A stretch of 64,000 nucleotides of DNA from a virus (lineage: Duplodnaviria; Heunggongvirae; Uroviricota; Caudoviricetes), in the IMG/VR virus record IMGVR_UViG_3300010348_000547, positions 566 through 64,565 of that record. One strand, given 5' to 3'. Shown here in pieces: positions 36,304-45,800 of this stretch. Position 1 is the stretch's first letter; each line of letters starts with the position of its first letter. The notes beneath the pieces are model-generated. The model had not been told where the DNA came from. It ran no database searches and worked only from the letters and a program-made list of their open reading frames with translations. Both the position numbers and the translations under genes were made by a program.

Positions 36304-38364
36304 ATGAAAAAAAGAGTTATCATAAATCCCGTACCTCAGGCTCAATCAGGTCTTGAGATAAAAATGGGAGACCTTAGAGCAGGTCTCGGGTTTAATGCAA
36401 ACAAGCTTCCTTGGCCAGTAATGGCAGGAAAGCTTTCTGCTCCAGATATAGAAGTTAACTCTACACTTAAACCGGTTCCTCGTGAAGATACAAATCTTGA
36501 GGCGGAAAAAGGTGAAGTGGCTGCGTTACCTACAAAGAGTGGTATTCCTGATACATTCAAGATTGGTGGCAAGCGTCACCACTCAGGCGGTACTCCACTT
36601 AATCTTCCTTCTGATTCTTTCATCTTTTCGGATACAGCCGCAATGCGTATTAAAGACCCGACTATACTTGCTCAATTTGGAATGAGTGTAAAAGGTGCTG
36701 GTTATACTCCTGCAGAGATTGCTAAAAAATATGACGTAAATCAGTTCAAAAAAGTATTAGCTGACCCTGATTCTGAAAAGCTTCAAAAAGCAACAGCAGA
36801 AATGATGATTGGTAACTACAATCTGAAGCTTGCTAAACTTGCTATTCTTCAGGAGTCAATGAAAGGTTTTCCTCAAGGGATACCTGCAGTAGCTATGCCA
36901 TATATTGAAGAAATGGGAATTGACCCTGCACAGTTTGTTCAAATGAATCCAGGTGGAGCTCAAACGGAACAAGCTAGTACACAACAAACTCAAATGGATG
37001 ATGTTGGTGCAGAAGCACAAGGTCGTTTTGGCGGCTTTATGCAAGACGGTGGAGATTATAGAACAGAAGCCGAATATAAAGCTCATCTGCTAGATCCCTA
37101 CTCTCCTGAAAAAAGAGAAGCTCAAATCAATTGGAATAAAAAGCGCAGTGGCCTTGAAACCGCTTCTCAGTTTATACCTGGTTATGAAACATATCTTGAT
37201 TTAAAAGATATTTACGAAGGGTTAAGAGAAGCTGACAAGGAAAAACTTAATAGAGGTATTATTGGTCTTGATGCACCTTTTTCAACAAAAGCTGTTACAA
37301 ATAGCTTAGACTATGTAACAGAAAAACTTTTAGGACATACTGCAGCTAATGAAATGGCAGCAAAAAGAAATGGCGTTATCAACATGTCTCAATCAGACCT
37401 TCAAAAACTGTATTTAAAATACGGTCCTGGTGGGTACGATAAATGGGCTAAGGACGGTTTTCCTAAATTAGAAATGGGTGGGGATGTTGATTATTTTGAC
37501 AAAGGAGGTTACAAATCAGAAGCTGAATATAAAGCTCATTTACTTGACCCATACTCTCCTGAAAAGAAAGCTGCCCAAATAGCTTGGTTAAAATCACAAC
37601 AAGCTTTACCAGGATTGCGCCCAACATTTGGTACATCAAATAGTTTTGAAAAGGAAAACGCTTTCAGAAAAGCGTATCCAGATGCTTATAACATGTATGA
37701 GGCGGCATTAAAATCAAAAGATCCAGAACGTATGCAACAAGCTGCAAATTGGTTAAATGCTACGGACGTTAAAAATTCTTGGGGATGGTTGCCTTGGACA
37801 GACCAAGATAAGCATGAAGACTTAGCAAACATACTTGAAGAAGAACGTGCTAAGATATTAAATCCTAACAAAGGTTATTACAGCGAATATCAGCCGCAAG
37901 ACGAACAAACATCTAAGATGGCTTACCAGCTTTATTCTAATTTGCTAAAAAAAGCTGATACAATTAAAGATAAAACTTCTCCGGAGTATTATGCTTTGAT
38001 GCAAGAAAAGGATAAATTGTTTGAGTATTTACCAGAATACAAGAACTTACCAACAAAAGTTTTTGGACAAGTTTGGAGAGACAATCAATGGGATACACCA
38101 AGAAAAAAAGCAGGACACTATAAAGAGGCTTTACCTGAATCTGAATTAGATAATAGCGGCATGCGTATGTATAGTGATGAAGAAAATGCCTATATCAAAT
38201 CTCAATTTGATGCATATAAAAAAAGTACTCCAACAATAGCTGCAGCACAACCTGGTGTTTCAGATTATGAAGATATAACAAGCATGAAACCTACAAAAGA
38301 GGAAATTGAAATGCTTAAAAAATCAGGGGAGAAATTCATTATTAATGGTGTTAAATATAACTAA
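36304..38364 (+). CDS. Virion cargo protein with an EAEKGE...HHSGG...FIFSD domain and duplicated cassette heads
   Basis: ATG 36304 is preferred over TTG 36295. The motif NLEAEKGEV..KIGGKRHHSGGT..FIFSD is a type I associate with crAss-like cargo genes. Confidence 0.6.
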   Translation: MKKRVIINPVPQAQSGLEIKMGDLRAGLGFNANKLPWPVMAGKLSAPDIEVNSTLKPVPREDTNLEAEKGEVAALPTKSGIPDTFKIGGKRHHSGGTPLNLPSDSFIFSDTAAMRIKDPTILAQFGMSVKGAGYTPAEIAKKYDVNQFKKVLADPDSEKLQKATAEMMIGNYNLKLAKLAILQESMKGFPQGIPAVAMPYIEEMGIDPAQFVQMNPGGAQTEQASTQQTQMDDVGAEAQGRFGGFMQDGGDYRTEAEYKAHLLDPYSPEKREAQINWNKKRSGLETASQFIPGYETYLDLKDIYEGLREADKEKLNRGIIGLDAPFSTKAVTNSLDYVTEKLLGHTAANEMAAKRNGVINMSQSDLQKLYLKYGPGGYDKWAKDGFPKLEMGGDVDYFDKGGYKSEAEYKAHLLDPYSPEKKAAQIAWLKSQQALPGLRPTFGTSNSFEKENAFRKAYPDAYNMYEAALKSKDPERMQQAANWLNATDVKNSWGWLPWTDQDKHEDLANILEEERAKILNPNKGYYSEYQPQDEQTSKMAYQLYSNLLKKADTIKDKTSPEYYALMQEKDKLFEYLPEYKNLPTKVFGQVWRDNQWDTPRKKAGHYKEALPESELDNSGMRMYSDEENAYIKSQFDAYKKSTPTIAAAQPGVSDYEDITSMKPTKEEIEMLKKSGEKFIINGVKYN
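37066..37580 (+). repeat. Dispersed direct repeat of about 62 nt (copies at ~37066-37127 and ~37519-37580)
   Basis: Both copies encode EAEYKAHLLDPYSPEK[RE/KA]AQI; the DNA differs mainly at third positions. Confidence 0.9.
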
Positions 38365-38366
38365 TC

Positions 38367-39731
38367 ATGGGAGCAGGAGATTTATTAAAAAAGCATAGAG
38401 GAACCAAAGAAGCGTCAACTTCTCAAACAAAGTCGGTTGGAGTGCCTGGCAAAACAACTAGCAAGGTAGTAGTAAATGCTACACCAGAAGAATTAGAAGC
38501 GGTTCGTAAAGCTGCAGAAGCTAAACCTAGTAAGGTAGTAGATGAAACCGCTTATAACGAACTTATGGATTTGTATAAAAAAGCTGAGGCAGCTCAAGCT
38601 AAAAATCCAGGCAAGGTTAATGAAGAAACCTTGAAGTTCCAAAGACGCTACCATGAATTGCTTCCAGAAGAAGCAAGAAGAATTATAGCAAGTGATACTA
38701 AGAAAACTACTTGGGCTGAAAAAACCGGTAGATCAAAAGCAGACTTGACTGGTAATGAAGACGGCTTATTTGGTCGTAGAACCAAACAGTATATGGAAGA
38801 ACTTGAAAAGATGAAACCTAAGGCTGTAGAACCTAAGTTGGCAGATACACCTCCATTAGCTGACGATAAAAAACCAGAAGGTCCAGCTGGTCCTGATGAA
38901 ATTGTTGTGAGTCATGGAGAACCTGAAAAAGAAAGAAAGCTTCCACCAGTTGCACCTGCATGGTGGTTACAAGATAAATTGAAGGCACTTAATGCCGGAC
39001 TTAATTATTTGAATATTCGTCCTTACTATCCGTGGGAACCAATGGCTCATTATGACCAAGCTCGTCCTGCGTTCCTTTCTCCTGAAAGAGCATTAGCTGA
39101 GAACCAATCTCAAATGAATATGCAGTTAGGGCAACTTGCTCAATTTAGTGGACCACAAGCATTCAATGCTCGTGCAAATGAAATAACCGGTAAAGGTTTT
39201 GCTAATGCCGCAAATACTATTGCAGGAGTACATAACCAAAATATAAACATTGCCAATCAGTTTGAGCAATTCAATACAGGTATCCGTAATCAGGAGACCA
39301 AGGAAAATCTTGCACATGCTACCTCATTATGGGATAAGTATCAGGCAACTCGCCAGAACTTTGATAATGCTAAGAGAATGGCAGGTGATGCATTATTCAA
39401 TACAGCAGTACAAGCTGTAACTAATAGAGCTAACACTTATAACCTGAATCAAATGTATCCTCAGTACGCAATCAATCCAGGAGATGGTGGAACTTTATTC
39501 TTCCACGACGGTCGTGACCTTAAACCAGGTCAGGCTCCAACACCTGTTTCAGAACGTTATAAGCAAATGGTTAAGGACAATCCTACTCTAGCAAATACTC
39601 CTGAAGGATTAAAGCAGTTGTGGGAGATGACTAAATTAGATGCAGGTATCCAAGATGATTACATGGCTCAGTATGCAAAAAACAGATACATCCCTAATCA
39701 GCAAGTACCCGTTTCAGGTTATAACGGATAA
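38367..39731 (+). CDS. Virion cargo or ejection protein
   Basis: 454 aa; charged N-terminal half and an N/Q/A-rich helical C-terminal half. Position is within the cargo block. Confidence 0.55.
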   Translation: MGAGDLLKKHRGTKEASTSQTKSVGVPGKTTSKVVVNATPEELEAVRKAAEAKPSKVVDETAYNELMDLYKKAEAAQAKNPGKVNEETLKFQRRYHELLPEEARRIIASDTKKTTWAEKTGRSKADLTGNEDGLFGRRTKQYMEELEKMKPKAVEPKLADTPPLADDKKPEGPAGPDEIVVSHGEPEKERKLPPVAPAWWLQDKLKALNAGLNYLNIRPYYPWEPMAHYDQARPAFLSPERALAENQSQMNMQLGQLAQFSGPQAFNARANEITGKGFANAANTIAGVHNQNINIANQFEQFNTGIRNQETKENLAHATSLWDKYQATRQNFDNAKRMAGDALFNTAVQAVTNRANTYNLNQMYPQYAINPGDGGTLFFHDGRDLKPGQAPTPVSERYKQMVKDNPTLANTPEGLKQLWEMTKLDAGIQDDYMAQYAKNRYIPNQQVPVSGYNG

Positions 39732-39760
39732 GTTTAAACTTTAAAAGTTTATTAAACTTT
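39730..39760. promoter_or_regulatory. Tandem AAAGTTTA/TAAACTTT inverted repeats upstream of the giant-cargo operon
   Basis: AAGTTTAAACTT palindrome (39730-39741) followed by AAAGTTTA-t-TAAACTTT (39744-39760). Confidence 0.5.
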
Positions 39761-39791
39761 ACAGATTTTTTTAATACATTTACAGCACAAG

Positions 39792-42700
39792 ATGGCAACA
39801 TATATTCCAGGCATAATAGACTACATTCCTCAAGCACAGCCGTTTCAACCGGACTATAATTTCTTGGGGAATATGCTTCAAACGAAGCAATCTCAGTATG
39901 ATCAAAACTACAAGCAATTAAGCCAGGCCTATGGTACCTTGCTTAATTCTGACATGCTGCGTGAAGACAACATTCAAAAAAGAAATGAGTTCTTCAAAAT
40001 GATTGATGATGACATTAAGCGCATCTCAGGAATGGATTTGTCTTTGCAACAGAATGTAGATTCTGCTAATAAAGTGTTTGACTCTTTCTTTCAAAACAAA
40101 GACTTAGTAAAGGATATGACCTTTACTAAAGAGTATCAAAAACAAATGCAGATTGGAGAGTCTTTCCGTAATTGTATTGACCAGGAAAAATGTGGTGGTA
40201 AGTATTGGGATACCGGTATGCAAGCCTTACATTACAGAGCTGATGAGTTCAAGAATGCTAGTAAGCAAGAGTCAATGACTATGCAACCTGGACGTTTTGT
40301 ACCTCAGATTAATGTACAAGAAAAGACTATTAACTATCTGAAAGACTTACTTGGAAAAGGTGGTGATGGTGGATTCGGAGTTGAGAGTATCTCTTTCTCT
40401 CCTGATGGTCGTTATCAAGTAAAGACAAAGAATGGTGCTAACCTATCTATTCCTTTACAACAGTTGATTCAAGCTCAATATAGTAAAGACCAAAACATTA
40501 TTGATATGTACAACACCCAGGCTTATGTAAACCGTAAAGGTTTTATAGCTGGGAATCTTGCTGCATTCGGTGGAGACGCTGATGCTGCTGAAGATGCATA
40601 CTTCAGACAATTAGATGTTGAGTTTCAAAAAGCTCAATCTAACTTAATAAGTGCTCAGGAGCAATCGAATGCTATCCGTGCTCGTAACAATGTCTTAGCA
40701 AACCAGATTAAGAAAAACGGTTCAACCGGTGACGACCACTTAGCTAAAGATTATATAGCATCTGCTGTAGACTTAGCCGCTTCTAAAGGTGTTTTAAAAG
40801 ATGCTGAGGAAACTCACAATATTGCAAAGTCTGTATTTGAAGCTGGTGAGAATCGTGCAATGCGTCGTAATCGTGCTGACCAATTATTTGGAAGAAGCTT
40901 GATGAATAAAGAACTTTCAGAAGCTGCTGTTCGTGCAGCTGCTATGACTGGTTCAGTAAGCATGACAGCTGATCCTTATGCCATGAAACATTATGAGTTC
41001 TCTCTTGACATGGCTAAGATGAAAACACAATATGACCTTATGGATAGAAACTCCATGAGAAATCACTTATACGACCTTAATAAGCAAAAGGCTTTACTTG
41101 AATACAAGAAACGTGGTTCAGCAGTTGAGCCAGATAATCAAGGTGTATATGTGGATGGTGTTAAAGGAACTACTGCAATTGCAGGTGATAATGAAGCACA
41201 AGATGCACGTAGTCAAGTTATACAAGAAGCATCTTCGGCACAAGCTAGTGCTAATGCATTCACCAATGGTTATGCAAACACGTTATTAGGTATTCTTCAA
41301 GATTCTAAAGCGGGGGCAGATGATAAAAATGTAGCGGTTAGTACACTACAAACTATGTTTGGTAAAGCTGAAAAGAACCCTGATGGTACTTACAAACGTG
41401 CTGGATTTGATGCTGAAAAAGGAGTGTTTGTTGACCAACAAGGAAATACACATGGAACAGCCCAAGGTATTTCAGGAAGTTATGATTGGAAATCAGCTTA
41501 TGACCGGGCTCAACAACAAGCTAAATTAAATAGAAGTATTCCAACTCATGCAAGTTATCTTGATGGAGAAGGAAAGAAACTTCAAGAACATTACGATACT
41601 AACATGAAAGTGTTAGCAGCAACTAGCAAAGCATGGTATGATAATAACAAGAATGTAAAGAGCTGGGGTAACACTAAGCTTTCTGGTGATGAACTAGAGA
41701 ACTGGAACAACCTATTCACATCTGACAATAATCTTAAATCACCTGAGCAGTTTGCTAAAGACTATTTAAGAGCTCATCCTTCAGACGATGAAAGCGATGC
41801 AATGGATGCTTATGAAGAAATGAACGATAAGTACAACAAGTTCTACAATGAAGGTAACGTGGCTGGAAAAGACAACGACGGAAAACCTGTTCCTGTAGTA
41901 CGTTCTACACATGGTTCATCAAACTTCAACTTCTTAGGTGGAGGTACTTCTGCAGGTGGTGGAGTTATCTATAACTTCAACTCAGAAAGTCCGGCTTCAT
42001 TGGGAACTCGTGGTTTAATCACGATGTACCAAGATGCACAAAAGCCAGGTTCTATATGGACTATTGGTAATCATGGTGACAGAGCTGAAGGTGAAGCGGC
42101 AATGACGGCTACTGGAACAAATGCTAAATTAGCTATGGACCAGTTAATGCATGACTTACGTACGGGCAATCTTACTAAGGCTGAAAAAGAAAACATTCAA
42201 GGACAAATCATGTACATGGATGTAGCTTTAGGTGATAAAAATATGGCCGGTGCTACAATCAAAATGCCAACAAGTTGGTTACAACGTTATCAGAAGAGTG
42301 ATAAAAATGTGAACTGGGCGGATGATATGAGTCTTGCTTCTGAAGGTGTATCTATGTATGTAGATAAACGTACTGCTAAGAATGCATTTACGCAATCGTT
42401 CAAAGAACAACCATATGACTATATCCTTAATCATGATGACGTTAAAATCAGCATTCCAAATGCAGGAGACCTTACTATCAATAAGAGAAACTCTGACGGT
42501 AGTATCACTGTAATAGGTAATGTTGGTGGTTATGACGCTAATGGTAAATGGCAATTAGTTCCTGCTACTAAAACATATTATGGTGATGTAGGTGGTCAAA
42601 ACTTATACAACAATTTAAACGTGTATATGAATGAGATTGCCGCTTCTAATAAAGCTTACAAGGAAAGCAAAGTAACAAATCGTATTCACGAGCCTGGAGA

Positions 42701-42806
42701 ACTTCCACAAATACAAAATCAATTACAGGCTTCTGCAAATGGAAACTCAGCAGATCCTACAGAAATGTATCTACAAAGCGTTCAACAAGCATTATTCGGT
42801 AAATAA
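39792..42806 (+). CDS. Large virion cargo or ejection protein
   Basis: 1004 aa, helical; first gene of the tightly coupled block ending in the RNAP-module giants. Confidence 0.6.
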   Translation: MATYIPGIIDYIPQAQPFQPDYNFLGNMLQTKQSQYDQNYKQLSQAYGTLLNSDMLREDNIQKRNEFFKMIDDDIKRISGMDLSLQQNVDSANKVFDSFFQNKDLVKDMTFTKEYQKQMQIGESFRNCIDQEKCGGKYWDTGMQALHYRADEFKNASKQESMTMQPGRFVPQINVQEKTINYLKDLLGKGGDGGFGVESISFSPDGRYQVKTKNGANLSIPLQQLIQAQYSKDQNIIDMYNTQAYVNRKGFIAGNLAAFGGDADAAEDAYFRQLDVEFQKAQSNLISAQEQSNAIRARNNVLANQIKKNGSTGDDHLAKDYIASAVDLAASKGVLKDAEETHNIAKSVFEAGENRAMRRNRADQLFGRSLMNKELSEAAVRAAAMTGSVSMTADPYAMKHYEFSLDMAKMKTQYDLMDRNSMRNHLYDLNKQKALLEYKKRGSAVEPDNQGVYVDGVKGTTAIAGDNEAQDARSQVIQEASSAQASANAFTNGYANTLLGILQDSKAGADDKNVAVSTLQTMFGKAEKNPDGTYKRAGFDAEKGVFVDQQGNTHGTAQGISGSYDWKSAYDRAQQQAKLNRSIPTHASYLDGEGKKLQEHYDTNMKVLAATSKAWYDNNKNVKSWGNTKLSGDELENWNNLFTSDNNLKSPEQFAKDYLRAHPSDDESDAMDAYEEMNDKYNKFYNEGNVAGKDNDGKPVPVVRSTHGSSNFNFLGGGTSAGGGVIYNFNSESPASLGTRGLITMYQDAQKPGSIWTIGNHGDRAEGEAAMTATGTNAKLAMDQLMHDLRTGNLTKAEKENIQGQIMYMDVALGDKNMAGATIKMPTSWLQRYQKSDKNVNWADDMSLASEGVSMYVDKRTAKNAFTQSFKEQPYDYILNHDDVKISIPNAGDLTINKRNSDGSITVIGNVGGYDANGKWQLVPATKTYYGDVGGQNLYNNLNVYMNEIAASNKAYKESKVTNRIHEPGELPQIQNQLQASANGNSADPTEMYLQSVQQALFGK

Positions 42807-42808
42807 CT

Positions 42809-45800
42809 ATGGCAGACGAAACAAACCCAAACAGCAGCGGCTTAGTATCAGCACCAATCATCCCAGCGCTTCCCGAGATACAAGCTGCTGGTGATGCTAC
42901 TGCATTGCTTAAAACTCCTCCTCCGGTTATTACTCCGGTTATCCCAAGTGGATTTCCTCAAGCCGTTGAGGTTAATACTCAATTACAAGGAGACTATCAT
43001 ACTGGCCCAGCTCCAGGAGCTAAACCTGTAAATCAGAAGAATGGTACGCTTGACTTCGTGAAAGCTTCCGTACAAGCTTTAGGAAATGACGAAGCTGTAA
43101 AAGACCAATTCAAATATGGTCGTGCTTACAGTTACGGTGCCGGATATAAAAATCAAAACTTTGAACGTTACTACAAGCATGGTAAGTTTGATGAGTTAGG
43201 CTTTTCTCCATACAGAGATAATGATGCTCTTTATAATGAGAAAGGTTCTTGGTGGGATGACTTTAACCGTATGCGTGGTGAATGGGACAATCTTGCTTTC
43301 AGTGGATTCAAATCTATTTGGGGTAGTGAAGAAACAGCCAATGAAGAAATGGAAAAGGGAATGGCTATCGGTTCTTCTACTCGTGGTGGATTTGGTAGTA
43401 GTGTTATTAACTTCGGTTTAAACTCAGCATATACAGTAGGTATCATTGGAGAACTTGCATTAGAAGATGCCGCTCTTGCCGCTCTAGAATTCGGAACAAT
43501 GGGTGCAGCTACACCAGAAGTAGCAGCTGTAGGAGGTGCTCGTAATGCTATGGCATTCGGACGCCTTGTTAAAGCTTGGGAAGGAACTTCCGCGTTCCTT
43601 AAAACTTTAAAGAATGCTGAACAAGCTAAGGATGTATTTAATGCAGCTAAAGCAGGTGAGAAACTTACTGATTTTGCTAAATGGGCTAATCCATTTCAAA
43701 GAAGTATGGAGTGGACTACACACTTAGCTAAAGGTACTAACGGTGTAAGTAATCTAGGGAATATGGCAAAGGTTTCAAAGACCTTTGGTAATTTCTACCG
43801 TGACTTACGCGAATTAAATGTGGCACATTCAGAAGCTCGTCTTGAAGGAGAAGGAGCTGCTGTAGAGTACCAAAACAAATTAGTGGATGAATTCTACAAT
43901 GAACACGGACGCATGCCTGATAACAATGAGGCTAAAGAAATTTATGACCGTGCTCAATCAGTAAAGTCAAGTGTTACACTTGCAAACGATATAACAATTT
44001 ACGCTACAAACAAACTTGTATTTGAAGACTTGTTTGAAGGAGTTCGTCCTGGTTCTAAGATTGCTGAAAGCTTCTTAGAGGGTTCAGGTAGATTCTTAAA
44101 GCGTACTGCAGCTAAAGACTTTAAAGCAGGTATGACTGCTGGAGTTGAAGGTGCAACAGCGGCTCTTACCGCTTCTGAAAAATCAGCCGGTAAGAAAGTT
44201 GCAGACTTCTTATTAACTTCTGCATACGTTCCATGGAGTCGTAAATATTTTGTTGGTAACCTAGGTGAGGCTCTTCAGGAGAATGCACAGGAAACGATAA
44301 AGATTGCCGCTCATGATTACTATGATAAGGTACACTCTGATCCATCTCAGTTAGGTTTCTACGGTACCTTGGCTTCAATTGGTAAAGGAACTTCTGCTCA
44401 GTTTTCTGGACAAGGTTTGGAAACATTCCTTTCTGGTTACATGATGGGTTCTTTAATCCAAGCTGGTGGAAAAGGTATGAAATCTATTGCAAGTCCTGCA
44501 GGTAGAGGTGCTTCAGCTTTAGCTAACATGGCTACTAAAGGAAAGTATGGTCAAGAGTGGGGTGCAGAATCTGAATCAGCTAAGGCTAAAAAGCAAGCTG
44601 AGGAAACAGATAATGACATCTTAAATGCAGCCAACTTTGTATTAGATAATGGTTTAATTTACGGTGGTCACCGTGCGGATGTTGCTGCTGGAATTAAAGC
44701 TGCAGCTGAAGCTAAACGTGCTAAAGCAAAAGAAGGGGACGAGAAGACTGCCCGCGATATGCAAAATGAAATGCAGTTAAATCACTTTGACATTTTAGCT
44801 AGAACCGGTAACATGGGTCTGATAACTGAACATGTTGATGACATGATGAAGCTTTCTGATGAAGACCTTCTTAATGCATATAACCAGCCAACAAAATCGG
44901 ATGGTTCAAATATGACAGCTGAAGATGTTCGTAATAAGCTACAAGGTCTGAAGAACAATGCTCAAGGTTACCAAAGAGCTTATGATAAAGCCCACAGGTC
45001 ACGTCCTAATCCACATAACCCGTGGATGTTTGACAAAGAGAAACACCCAGAAGCTTACAAAGATGAATTAGATAAATACATGGCCCACGAACAAGCCTTG
45101 TCTGATATGATATTTGCTAACGAAAGTTACTCAAATATTGCAGACCGTATGGCTAAGATGGGTAATGAGTTATCCGGTAACGGAGCTTTATCTAATTTCT
45201 TCAATACATCTTCTGCAGGTTCTCCTCTGGCAGATGTTATTGGTACCGATATAAGTTTATTGGTTGACCCTGTTCTTCTAAGTAAACATATGCAAAGCTT
45301 GGGTGACCAAATAAAAGTGTTCTCAAAAGGAACAGCTGAGGAAAGAAAGAAAGCTAAAGAAGCAATCGATTCAATGCGTCACTTAAAAGAGTGGAGAGTA
45401 TTCGCTCATACCTATGCAGCTGAATTAAAAAACTTAGGAAAGCCAGGAGCTACACCGGAAGAGATTGCCGCTACTCAAAAGAATGCAGATTTCTTAGTAG
45501 CACAGATGTATAAAACCTTTGATAAGTACGTACGTCATGTGGCTAAGACTAAGAATGGATTTGTGTTCACAGAACAAATGAATAAAGGCTTTAGTCTGTT
45601 AAAAGACTTCATGGCTTTAAATGCGGATAAACAAAGAATGGTTCACGCTATTAATAAATTTAGCGACCCTAACATGTTTGACCGTTACAAGGAAATTCAA
45701 AAAGACATACAGAAGTCTCAGCGTGAGCAGAAGCTTGAACGCCTTAATAAGGCTTTAGAAAAGTTCAAGGCTATGGCTTTACAGAACCAAATGTTGAATG

